A stretch of DNA of 20,000 nucleotides. Source: an uncultured virus (IMG/VR IMGVR_UViG_3300010885_087985) (taxonomy: Duplodnaviria > Heunggongvirae > Uroviricota > Caudoviricetes). A program made the translations under genes and the position numbers. The stretch is taken from the IMG/VR virus record IMGVR_UViG_3300010885_087985, one strand, 5' to 3'. Below, piece after piece: positions 7,121 to 15,690 of the stretch. The first letter of the stretch is position 1; each line of letters begins with the position of its first letter. A model generated the notes under the pieces. The model worked only from the letters and a program-made list of their open reading frames with translations. It was not told the origin of the DNA and did no database searches.

Positions 7121-8377
7121 ATGAACAGAAACAATTTATGTTGCGATTTTTGTGGTCAATCAAATAAGTTGGTTGGCAATTTAATAGAATCGCCTAATAT
7201 CACGGAAGAGACTAATGGAAGAAAAAAGGGCACAAGCTTTTTCATTTGCCACGGGTGCGTGGAGCTTGTTTCCACTATGTGCAAGTCAGGTAAAAAATAT
7301 AAAAAAGAAAAGAGCAAATACACGCTTGATATTCCAAATCCTAAACATGTAATTGAGTACATGAACCAATATATTGTTGGTCAAGAAACAGCAAAAAAAA
7401 CTTTGGCTGTTGCTGTTTGCAACCATTACAAAAGAATATTCGCTCCTAGCATAAGCAAAGCTATGAACGAAACCACTATTGAAAAATCTAATGTTCTTTT
7501 GGTTGGACCAACTGGTTCTGGAAAGACTTTATTTGCAAAAACACTTGCACAATATTTGGATGTCCCGTTTGCGATAGGGGACGCAACCACTCTCACCGAG
7601 GCAGGATACGTTGGCGAAGACGTAGAAAACTTAATCTTAAAGCTTTTGAATAATGCTGATTTTGATGTAGAGGCGGCAGAAAATGGCATCATTTATATTG
7701 ATGAAATAGATAAAATCGGCAGAACGAACCAAAATGTTTCGATCACTAGAGATGTGTCAGGTGAAGGTGTGCAACAATCTCTTTTAAAGATTATTGAAGG
7801 CACTATTTGCAATGTACCTCCAGCAGGAGGTAGGAAGCATCCAGAACAGCAGTTTATCCAAGTAGATACCACCAATATTCTTTTCATATGTGGCGGCACG
7901 TTTGTTGGTCTAGATAAGATTATTAATCGTAGATTGTGTAAGAAATCAATTGGATTTAATCCAATAGAGTCTAAAGAGTGGACAGAAGAAAACTTAATAG
8001 AAGAGGATCTTGTTCAGTATGGTTTAATTCCAGAGCTAATCGGTCGCCTTCCTTGTGTCGCTCCACTGAAAAAGTTTGATGTGGAATCTTTAGTTTCTGT
8101 TTTATCTGAACCTAAAAACTCCATTATTAAACAATATCAAAAATTATTTTTGTGTGACAAAGTCAAACTAGAATTCACAAAAGAAGCTTTGCTTTTAATT
8201 GCTAAAAAAGCAATTGATAAAAATACGGGAGCTAGAGGACTTCGGAGTATGATAGAAAAAATTCTTTTGGAAATAATGATAGAATCCGCAGATAATCCAA
8301 ACGCAACGGTTACTGTTACCGATAAAATCGTCTCTGGCGAAGAAAAGCCTACTTTTAAAAAAAATAAAGCAGCGTGA
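7121..8377 (+). CDS. clpX: ATP-dependent Clp protease ATP-binding subunit ClpX
   Basis: N-terminal C4 zinc domain (CDFC...CHGC), Walker A GPTGSGKT, pore loop GYVG, Walker [22 protein letters not shown] loop, IGF loop, sensor-2 GARGLR. Confidence 0.96.
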   Translation: MNRNNLCCDFCGQSNKLVGNLIESPNITEETNGRKKGTSFFICHGCVELVSTMCKSGKKYKKEKSKYTLDIPNPKHVIEYMNQYIVGQETAKKTLAVAVCNHYKRIFAPSISKAMNETTIEKSNVLLVGPTGSGKTLFAKTLAQYLDVPFAIGDATTLTEAGYVGEDVENLILKLLNNADFDVEAAENGIIYIDEIDKIGRTNQNVSITRDVSGEGVQQSLLKIIEGTICNVPPAGGRKHPEQQFIQVDTTNILFICGGTFVGLDKIINRRLCKKSIGFNPIESKEWTEENLIEEDLVQYGLIPELIGRLPCVAPLKKFDVESLVSVLSEPKNSIIKQYQKLFLCDKVKLEFTKEALLLIAKKAIDKNTGARGLRSMIEKILLEIMIESADNPNATVTVTDKIVSGEEKPTFKKNKAA

Positions 8378-8549
8378 AAAAGTCGATCTTTAGAGCATGA
8401 TTTCTATGGCTTTTAGATCTTTACTCTGCCAGAAATTTAATTTTTTTGTGGCAAAGTACTATATTAATTTAGACAAAAACGGCTATCATGATTTAGCAAG
8501 TTTTGCTTGATCGCTTTTTTGCCATGTTCTCTTATTAACGGAAATTTTA

Positions 8550-9146
8550 ATGTATATAGCATCTACTTTTTTTAATGAAAAAACATGGGAAGACTTGGGC
8601 AGCAATTGGCTTAATAAGGCAAAAAGACTAAGGCTTTCTGGTATAATAATAGTATCAAATTTTAGCGAAGAAAATAAAAAAAAGGTGCAGGCTGCTTGTT
8701 CTTCAAATAATTTTTCTGTTGTGGAATCGTTATCTGGAGATCCTGTTGATATTTTTTGTAGTTTAGCTTCAAACCTAAAAAACGAAAGATGCCTTTTCTC
8801 TTTGCCTACCATAGACCCCACTTTAAAGCTATCAGAAACTAGGGATGCACTTTGCAAGACTGTATCTGCTGAGCCTATTAAAATGATTCGTTCAATTATG
8901 AACCTAAACGACAGAGTAAATGCAATTAATTCAATAGACGAAATAAAAAAGAAGTATGGAGGAATTCTTTGCTCTGATTCTATTTTGGGAACCGCAGATT
9001 TTTGGAAAAGCTTTGCCGGTTTTCAACTTTACCTTAAAAAAAGAAGTTTTTTTGAAAGCTATTTTGACCCTTTCTATATGAACTTGTCTTTAAACTTGTT
9101 TTTTTCTAATGCAGACTCTTTTTCTCTAGAAACATACGAGTCCTAA
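8550..9146 (+). CDS. Hypothetical protein
   Basis: 198-aa ORF translationally coupled (TAATG) to the next gene; no recognisable catalytic motif. Confidence 0.65.
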   Translation: MYIASTFFNEKTWEDLGSNWLNKAKRLRLSGIIIVSNFSEENKKKVQAACSSNNFSVVESLSGDPVDIFCSLASNLKNERCLFSLPTIDPTLKLSETRDALCKTVSAEPIKMIRSIMNLNDRVNAINSIDEIKKKYGGILCSDSILGTADFWKSFAGFQLYLKKRSFFESYFDPFYMNLSLNLFFSNADSFSLETYES

Positions 9147-9517
9147 TGGTATATTTTATTACTATATTAGTGCTTTTATTTCCATGCTTTATTTTTTTAA
9201 TTTACTATTTTTTTTCATCAAGAAAAAAAATTAGCGATCTTGAAAAAAAATTCAAAATAAACATAGATGAAAGTTTAGAGCTAGCCACCGCAAAGCAGCT
9301 ATTCAAAGAAATGAGGAAAAGAACAAATATTCCGTTTGTTCTTTTGCTTCCAATAAAAGAAAAAGATTTTAATGGGCTAACCATTGAAACACACAGCATG
9401 AGTTCTTCTGCTTGCTTGGCTGTGGTTCACTTAGCAAAAGCTATTATAACACATAATTTTAGAGTTAAAGGTGATAGCATACCACAACTTCCTCCATTAG
9501 ATGACTACTTAGCTTGA
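9146..9517 (+). CDS. Hypothetical membrane-anchored protein
   Basis: N-terminal hydrophobic helix VYFITILVLLFPCFIFLIYYFF followed by RKK. Confidence 0.7.
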   Translation: MVYFITILVLLFPCFIFLIYYFFSSRKKISDLEKKFKINIDESLELATAKQLFKEMRKRTNIPFVLLLPIKEKDFNGLTIETHSMSSSACLAVVHLAKAIITHNFRVKGDSIPQLPPLDDYLA

Positions 9518-9524
9518 AGTGCCT

Positions 9525-9553
9525 TTGACAATGCCGTTCTAATTTGGTATGAT
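9525..9553 (+). promoter_or_regulatory. sigma70-type promoter with extended -10
   Basis: TTGACA (9525-9530), 17 nt spacer ending TGG, TATGAT (9548-9553). Confidence 0.75.
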
Positions 9554-9589
9554 GATTTTTTAATCTCAAAAAGAATTATTTACAATAGC

Positions 9590-10609
9590 ATGATAAAGAT
9601 TTGGCCTGACTCCCTTGATGCCAACTGGCACCGCCCAATGGGTTCGTTCCTGTTCTGCAAAGACCTCGTTACTTACAATCCTGAAGAGTTTGAAATAGCT
9701 TCAAGCATACAATCCTGTGATTGTATAATGTTGCCACAGTTTAGCAATTGCCCAGTTTCTTATATATTTGATTTCAATAAAGCTGATTATATAGAAAAAA
9801 TACGAAAACCAATTATACTTCAAAACGATGGGGGCGGTATACCGGCTGGGTGGGAGCAAAGTGAACTTGGCAAATATATATGGGGGACATTTTGTAGTCT
9901 GATAAAGGTGTTCTTTTCAGTAGAGTGCTATCCGTGGCATAGGAAGGAGTTGCCAGATGGGATTAATTATGTACCGTTTGACTTTGTTGGTTATTCTGAT
10001 TTTGGCTTAGGATTGCGGGAAGTTCCACCACTTCAATCAAAGGAAGATTATCTAAAAAGACCATTGGCAACATCAGTCGCCATGAGTGTATATCCACCAA
10101 CAAGAGATGTACTGTGGGAACTGTTGCACGAAAATCATTGGAGTCATTATAGCTTTAACACAAACCCGACGTATAGCCCATACAGAACACAAAGAATATC
10201 ATGGGAGGAAATGGCTAACCAAATGAAATCATCAAGGATTAGCTTTGCTCCGGATGGAGCAACCGCAAAAACAGAACGCCACTTATTTGTACCAGCATTC
10301 TCAGCAATGATGCTTCAGGAAGATAGTGTTGAATTTGCCTTCCCTTGGATTGATGGAGAAAATTGTTTTAAATTAGAACATGATTTCTTTGAAGGGTTTG
10401 AACGAGAAAAAGAACAAGAGTACAAAATGAATGGTCACAACATAAGAGTATTGAATAAAGAAAATACAAGAGAGAAAATACTCGGGCTATTAGACAACCC
10501 AGACCTTCTTTATGAAGTTTACAAAAACGGGTATGAAAATGCAAGAAACTATGAACTTCCAAACTACTTCAAAAACCATATTGGAAAAACAATAAAAAAA
10601 CACCTATGA
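9590..10609 (+). CDS. Putative glycosyltransferase (GT-B-like C-terminal domain)
   Basis: EMANQMKSSRISFAPDG..KTERH...PWIDGENC...LLDNPDLLYEVYKNGYENA resembles the Glyco_trans_1_2/CgeB-type C-terminal region. Confidence 0.6.
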   Translation: MIKIWPDSLDANWHRPMGSFLFCKDLVTYNPEEFEIASSIQSCDCIMLPQFSNCPVSYIFDFNKADYIEKIRKPIILQNDGGGIPAGWEQSELGKYIWGTFCSLIKVFFSVECYPWHRKELPDGINYVPFDFVGYSDFGLGLREVPPLQSKEDYLKRPLATSVAMSVYPPTRDVLWELLHENHWSHYSFNTNPTYSPYRTQRISWEEMANQMKSSRISFAPDGATAKTERHLFVPAFSAMMLQEDSVEFAFPWIDGENCFKLEHDFFEGFEREKEQEYKMNGHNIRVLNKENTREKILGLLDNPDLLYEVYKNGYENARNYELPNYFKNHIGKTIKKHL

Positions 10610-10729
10610 CATGGCATTTAAAAAAGAATGAAACGAATTTCTTACAGTAGAAGAATATTACCGTGGCTTCATCGTTTGATTCAAGAAAAACTGCACAAAG
10701 TTAATTGAAAAATTTGGGGGTTCATATCA

Positions 10730-10960
10730 ATGAGAATAAAAAAATACAAGGTTAGCAGCGGCAACTTTTCAATAATTACCTACAATAAAAACGCAAAGTG
10801 TGCAGCCAATCGTGCTATGAGATTACATCATGAAAGCAGACATCATAGCGTTTTGGGTAAAATAACAATGGTAGAAGACAGCCTGTGTATTGAAAAAACA
10901 CTATTTTTTTCTACAAAGACGTTAATTTTAGAACATGAGTTCCTACTGCAAGTTATTTAA
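10730..10960 (+). CDS. Hypothetical protein
   Basis: 76-aa ORF with GGGGG SD-like run upstream. Confidence 0.5.
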   Translation: MRIKKYKVSSGNFSIITYNKNAKCAANRAMRLHHESRHHSVLGKITMVEDSLCIEKTLFFSTKTLILEHEFLLQVI

Positions 10961-11028
10961 TTCTGGTACCGCAGTGTCCAGTAATGACGGAAAATAAGGA
11001 GCCTCTATGCTAATTTGTTCTTTTGTAA

Positions 11029-11232
11029 GACGTAAGTCGTTCCTAACAAAGACTTTACGTGCTTTTCTTCTTAATTAACGACGTAAGTCGCTTCTACCAA
11101 AGACTTTACGTGTTTTTCGATTGAATTAACGCCGTAAGTCGTTTATATCAAAGGCTTTACGTGCTTTTCTTCTAAATTCATGCCGTAAGTCGTTTCTATC
11201 AAAGACTTTACGTGCTTTTCCATGGAATTACA
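11029..11232. repeat. Tandem array, 4 x 51 bp, each unit with imperfect inverted repeat CGTAAGTC-N12-GACTTTACG
   Basis: CGTAAGTCG starts at 11031, 11082, 11133, 11184 (exact 51-bp period); consensus G(A/C)CGTAAGTCG-N8-AAAGACTTTACGTGCTTTTC-N5-AATT-N3. Confidence 0.95.
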
Positions 11233-11244
11233 GTCAAAATTTAA

Positions 11245-11273
11245 TTGTACCTTATGGTATTGTGTGCTATAAT
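11245..11273 (+). promoter_or_regulatory. Strong sigma70-type promoter directly downstream of the array
   Basis: TTGTAC (11245-11250), 17 nt spacer ending TGC, TATAAT (11268-11273). Confidence 0.78.
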
Positions 11274-11313
11274 TAGAAGTGTGGTAATTAAGGAATTTTT
11301 GGAAATTAAAAAA

Positions 11314-12267
11314 ATGTCTAAGTCTAAAAAGATCACTGTTAAATCAGACGATGTTGTAAAAAAGGCAGTACAGATTGTTCGTGGTATGAGTTCGCTTCCT
11401 CGTTCTTCCGATGTCATGGCGAACTTAAACAAGACATTGCAACAGCATGGTCTACAGGTAACGCCACAACCAAAAGGCAAGCAGGATCGCTGGGAAATGG
11501 TACTAAGCCCAGAAATGACTACGGTTGCTAAAAACTGGGTTGAAGCTAAGACTGTTTATGATTCTGTTCTATCCCGTCTTGAAAATACAAAGGCTCAACT
11601 TTCTGAATATGCAGAAGGTCAGATGATTGATAAAATTTTTGAGAACAAATCTAGACCATCAAATCCACAAATCGTTATCAATGACAGCGATGGTAAAGTG
11701 GATCATCAGTTCATATTCATTTTCCAAGACAAGTTCAAAGTTGAATTTAAAAAGATGCCAGAGAACGCTGACCCTGTTGATTTTTTTAAGGGGCTTTTTG
11801 TATCGTTAGGGCTTTCTCAATCGAATGCTTCTGATCTAGTAAACAATGAACTTGATTTCAACCCTGTTACAGGAATCAGAAGTTTATCTGAGTTGCTTGA
11901 TGGTCATTATGGTGCTGGTCGTGAATGGTTCGAATCTAGCATAGAAGAAAAAACCGCCGGTGCAAAGCTATCTGCTCTCTTGATGTGGGATGGAACAACG
12001 CATGTAGAGGCACTTACTCCACAAGAGAAAGCAACGGTCGTAAAAACGGATCCTGGTGTTGTTGTAAAAACAGATTTTTATGCGAGGGTAGCATCGTACT
12101 GTGAGACAGCAGAACAGCTTTCAGCCGTATTTGCTGTGATTAAGCCGATTGCATATCCAAGTCATGTAAAGTTTGCTGTTGGAGATAGTGATGTAGAGAG
12201 GACAAAGAGAAAAATTTCTGCTGCCTCTGATATTATGACAAGAAATAATTCCGATGATACGAAATAA
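11314..12267 (+). CDS. Hypothetical protein (317 aa)
   Basis: Start reassigned to ATG 11314 (MSKSKKITV...) because the listed TTG at 11245 is the promoter -35 box; no family recognised. Confidence 0.8.
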   Translation: MSKSKKITVKSDDVVKKAVQIVRGMSSLPRSSDVMANLNKTLQQHGLQVTPQPKGKQDRWEMVLSPEMTTVAKNWVEAKTVYDSVLSRLENTKAQLSEYAEGQMIDKIFENKSRPSNPQIVINDSDGKVDHQFIFIFQDKFKVEFKKMPENADPVDFFKGLFVSLGLSQSNASDLVNNELDFNPVTGIRSLSELLDGHYGAGREWFESSIEEKTAGAKLSALLMWDGTTHVEALTPQEKATVVKTDPGVVVKTDFYARVASYCETAEQLSAVFAVIKPIAYPSHVKFAVGDSDVERTKRKISAASDIMTRNNSDDTK

Positions 12268-12298
12268 TTAACTTCTAAATTTAAAAATAGGTTTTATA

Positions 12299-12781
12299 AT
12301 GAAAAAATGCTTTATATCGATTGTACTGTTCTTTTCAATGTCCTCTTTTGCTTTTTGTGTAGACAAAGCAGTTGAACAAAAAGTCAATGAGGCTATGCAA
12401 AGAAATTTTGATGCTTGCAATAAAGAAGATGTTCGTGCTGTTATGAACTCTTGTTCAAATGAAATGCCAGATAGAGATAAGTTTGAAAAAGAGTCATTTT
12501 CCGTGTTTGCAGAAAAAGATATACACTATAGCCTTGTAGAGTGCGAACTTATTGAAATTAAGTTTCCATATGCACTAGCTAGAATAGTGCAAGATACATA
12601 TGTGCAAAATAGGGATGCTCCAACGAAACCACAAAAGGCATATAGGAACTCAAGTGCTCTCGTACCGGACGAAAGAGTAGAGTACCTTAACACTTTTAAA
12701 TTTGAAAATGGAGTTTGGAAACTACTTGTTATTGTAAGTGAAATGAAACAAGTTAATGTCGATAAAGCTGAAGCCGAATAG
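12299..12781 (+). CDS. Secreted NTF2/SnoaL-like protein
   Basis: Signal peptide MKKCFISIVLFFSMSSFAFC; NFDACNKEDVRAVM...FKFENGVWKL pattern of the NTF2-like fold. Confidence 0.65.
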   Translation: MKKCFISIVLFFSMSSFAFCVDKAVEQKVNEAMQRNFDACNKEDVRAVMNSCSNEMPDRDKFEKESFSVFAEKDIHYSLVECELIEIKFPYALARIVQDTYVQNRDAPTKPQKAYRNSSALVPDERVEYLNTFKFENGVWKLLVIVSEMKQVNVDKAEAE

Positions 12782-12810
12782 AATTACCTGAAATAATCTA
12801 GGGCATAATA

Positions 12811-13215
12811 ATGAAAAAAAAATTAAGTAAAAAAAACATAACTTCTGCTAAAAAGAAAGCTATAGGTTTTGCGGAAGAAAAAAAATGCTGGAAAAGCCCT
12901 CCGCAGGAAGTTGAAAATGTTTTTGAAGAAATGAAAAAGAGAGGAGCAAATAAGGCTGTTTTAAAATATCAAGGAGGAGGAGAGGAAGGTTGTTGCTACG
13001 AGGCGAACCTATATAAAGGCAAAAAGCTTGTAGAAGAACTGGATTCTTTCAACCATAAAGACCCATTCATTGGTTTGCTTACGCAGCCTATATGGGAAAG
13101 ATATGGAAATTTTGACTGGTTTGAGCGTGTTAATGGTATTCTAACTTGGAATGCAACGAAGAAGAGCTTTCAATGGAGCGGAAATTGTGAGCCTGTAAAC
13201 AATAAAAATAGCTAG
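12811..13215 (+). CDS. Hypothetical protein (possibly DUF6878-like)
   Basis: AVLKYQGGGEEG and NGILTWN segments resemble that family; assignment from memory only. Confidence 0.55.
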   Translation: MKKKLSKKNITSAKKKAIGFAEEKKCWKSPPQEVENVFEEMKKRGANKAVLKYQGGGEEGCCYEANLYKGKKLVEELDSFNHKDPFIGLLTQPIWERYGNFDWFERVNGILTWNATKKSFQWSGNCEPVNNKNS

Positions 13216-13231
13216 ATATGGATATTTAATA

Positions 13232-13771
13232 ATGATAGAAAAAATGAATGCATCCGCCTCTTTTGAAGATAAATGTGGTGTTGTATGGGAACATTATGTT
13301 TCAAGAAAATTGAAAAATAACTTTGAACCATTTTGGACGCATTACCCTTATACATTAGTGCGTAAATTTCTTGATAAAATCAGTTTAAATCAAGAAGAGG
13401 GGTTTGTTCTACAGGAAACAATTAAAAGCCACCAGCAAATAGATGGCACAGAAGTTCCTATAAAAAGTGGATTTCCTAATGAAGGAACAAGATTAATGCA
13501 TGATTGTTGGAAAGCTGGAAGTTTTACTTGGATATTCATGGGCCGATCTTTTGTTGAAGCAACCCAATACAATGATTTTGTTGTTGTGAGCCGAACACTA
13601 CCAAATGAAATATATAAAATGATGGACACAAACGCACCACAAACATTATATGGAGCATATTTAATAGATAAGCCTTCTATTATAGGTCCAGCCGTTGACA
13701 CAGAGTCTCTTTTTGAAGCAATTGATAATTCGTCATATTCGACACATAATAATTTTGCAGGGAAAAAATGA
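13232..13771 (+). CDS. Hypothetical protein
   Basis: 179-aa ORF, ATGA-coupled to the next gene. Confidence 0.7.
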   Translation: MIEKMNASASFEDKCGVVWEHYVSRKLKNNFEPFWTHYPYTLVRKFLDKISLNQEEGFVLQETIKSHQQIDGTEVPIKSGFPNEGTRLMHDCWKAGSFTWIFMGRSFVEATQYNDFVVVSRTLPNEIYKMMDTNAPQTLYGAYLIDKPSIIGPAVDTESLFEAIDNSSYSTHNNFAGKK

Positions 13772-14358
13772 ATAAATTACTTTTTATATACGTTTCTTTG
13801 TTTGCTACCATTGCAATTGCAGATAGACCTACAATGTCTAGTATAGGTGGCGATCCTTCATCAAACCCATCAAAGGAGGAAACAGGCATAAGACAAACAA
13901 TAGAAGGAATCGCAAAGGCGTTGAATGCACAAGATTGTGTAGAATACGCATCATTTTTTTCTAAAGAATTACAATCAAAAGCAAGAAGAGATTCTGGTTT
14001 ATTTTTTGCTAAAAATAATACTTCTTTTAATTTGTTAGAACAACACATCCTTTCACAGGAAGAAGATTCTGCGGAAGTTGCTATTTCTTATGAAGGATCG
14101 GGCAAAGAAACTGTTTCTAGAGTATTTCTAAAACGTGAAGATGGATGTTGGAAAGTAATAAAAGAAGTTCCTGTAAAGACAGAAAATAATTTTCAGCAAT
14201 CATATCCAGAAAGAATACCAGTACAAACTACGTCTACACCAAATAGATGTGGAAGTAACAATACATGCTCACCTAGCAACCCATTTAATGTGATATCAGC
14301 GTGTAGAGATTATGGGCTTTCTCCAACAAGCAGTTGCTCAGGCGGATCATGCCGATAG
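13768..14358 (+). CDS. Secreted NTF2-like protein with Cys-rich C-terminal tail
   Basis: Signal peptide MNKLLFIYVSLFATIAIA; ALNAQDCVEYASFF...AEVAI...LKREDGCWKV; ends SSCSGGSCR. Confidence 0.65.
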   Translation: MNKLLFIYVSLFATIAIADRPTMSSIGGDPSSNPSKEETGIRQTIEGIAKALNAQDCVEYASFFSKELQSKARRDSGLFFAKNNTSFNLLEQHILSQEEDSAEVAISYEGSGKETVSRVFLKREDGCWKVIKEVPVKTENNFQQSYPERIPVQTTSTPNRCGSNNTCSPSNPFNVISACRDYGLSPTSSCSGGSCR

Positions 14359-14625
14359 TCAAATTAACTTAATCTCTGTTTCCATTCTGTCGCATTCTGC
14401 TTGAATTCTAAGAAGTTTAAAAACCATAATTCCACAAAAAGCAGCACCTTTTTTATCTTTTGTCTTTTTTGAAAACGATTTAATCCAAAAGTATAAAACA
14501 GGGTTTTCCTTTTGAATAATTTTTAATTGTTGCTTTATATATGCTGCATCTTTTTTGCCAGTAAGTTCATGCTCTAAAGAAGCACTAATCTCAATACTAA
14601 CTCTTGGCAAAAGATCCTTGTTCAT
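14359..14625 (-). CDS. Hypothetical protein
   Basis: 88-aa ORF whose stop abuts the convergent gene. Confidence 0.65.
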   Translation of the reverse strand: MNKDLLPRVSIEISASLEHELTGKKDAAYIKQQLKIIQKENPVLYFWIKSFSKKTKDKKGAAFCGIMVFKLLRIQAECDRMETEIKLI

Positions 14626-14678
14626 TTTGTCGATTGTAAACTATTTTTTATCCCTAAAGAATACCAGTTATGGATAAA

Positions 14679-15065
14679 TTACAAGTTTTTAAACGTTGAT
14701 TGTTGCATCGCACCAGCATTATCTAAAATGTTATTAAATAAATCTAACATTGCTGGATTGTGGCCTAAAAATGAAACTAATGGTCTGTATTTACCAGAAT
14801 GCTCACCAGTTTTTTTAGAAATTTTATTCAGCAACGAAGATGTGTCTCGTGATGTTCTAGGATCAGGAATTCCCTGAGTCTGATCAGGACTTCCCGGATC
14901 TGCCTGTTGTGTGCTTCCTGCCTTCGCCTGCGAGGCGTTCATCGTGAGCGGTGTGCTTCCTTGGCCTGGCATTTGACCCTGACCCGCCTGTGCGGAGCCT
15001 TGGCCTGGCATCCTTAAAAAATTTGGAGTTTCTGTAATTATTTTGTTCAAATCATGAAAATTCAT
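14679..15065 (-). CDS. Hypothetical low-complexity Gly/Gln-rich protein (possible virion protein)
   Basis: SD AAAGGA; MNFHDLNKIITE N-terminus; internal MPGQGS duplicated. Confidence 0.65.
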   Translation of the reverse strand: MNFHDLNKIITETPNFLRMPGQGSAQAGQGQMPGQGSTPLTMNASQAKAGSTQQADPGSPDQTQGIPDPRTSRDTSSLLNKISKKTGEHSGKYRPLVSFLGHNPAMLDLFNNILDNAGAMQQSTFKNL

Positions 15066-15079
15066 TTTCGTTTCCTTTT

Positions 15080-15571
15080 TTAATTGTTTAATGACTCAAG
15101 ATATTCAATGTCTTTATCTGTTAATTCAAGATATATTGGACGCTGATTTAATGTCCAGTTTTTATTTAAATTGAGCATTTGCTTCTTACTTTTTCCCTGC
15201 TTTAAAATAAAAGTGTTTTCATTGGTAATTAGACCTAATAAAAAAGTTTTTTCTTCTTGTCGCTTTATTCTTTCTTTTATTTTTTCCAATTCATCTGATG
15301 AGTATGGCTCTGGTGGCTTGCTTTGGGATTGATCCAAATATATTTGATTATTGTTGTTTTCTTTAATGCTAATAAATCTAAAAATGTCTGTTTTAATATC
15401 TAAAAAGAAAATAAATGATAAAATTAAAAAAACGAACATAGAAATATAAAATGTAAAATCATTCGTTAAATTAATTGCTTTAATTTCTTGAATTGCTTTA
15501 ATTTCTTTTTTTACGGATTGTACGTTTTCTAATTGTTTTCTTAAATTAATTTCCCATTGTTCTAATGCCAT
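15080..15571 (-). CDS. Hypothetical single-pass membrane protein with coiled-coil segments
   Basis: SD GAGGT; TM FTFYISMFVFLILSFIFFL; short EIKAI duplication. Confidence 0.7.
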   Translation of the reverse strand: MALEQWEINLRKQLENVQSVKKEIKAIQEIKAINLTNDFTFYISMFVFLILSFIFFLDIKTDIFRFISIKENNNNQIYLDQSQSKPPEPYSSDELEKIKERIKRQEEKTFLLGLITNENTFILKQGKSKKQMLNLNKNWTLNQRPIYLELTDKDIEYLESLNN

Positions 15572-15690
15572 TTTACCTCTTTCTGATAAATATATATGAA
15601 AGATTAATGAAATATTGATGAATGTGCTTTTAAATCTTATAACATATATATAGTGATTAATTTGCCTGTTTTATAAGTGAAAGAAAAATA

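Noticed and set aside
10606..10729. Small gene between the glycosyltransferase-like and 10730 ORFs
   Set aside because: All ATG-initiated frames close within about 26 codons and none has a convincing SD.
11029..11232. CRISPR array
   Set aside because: Variable parts are only 5-8 nt and resemble each other; no unique spacers and no cas genes in the window.
11245..11313. TTG start for the 340-aa ORF
   Set aside because: Coincides with the -35/-10 promoter boxes; ATG 11314 is more plausible.
765..14048. Short antisense ORFs inside confident genes (e.g. 765, 2086, 5205, 6852, 7426, 8486, 13390, 13680)
   Set aside because: Largely overlap better-supported genes on the opposite strand and show no recognisable motifs.
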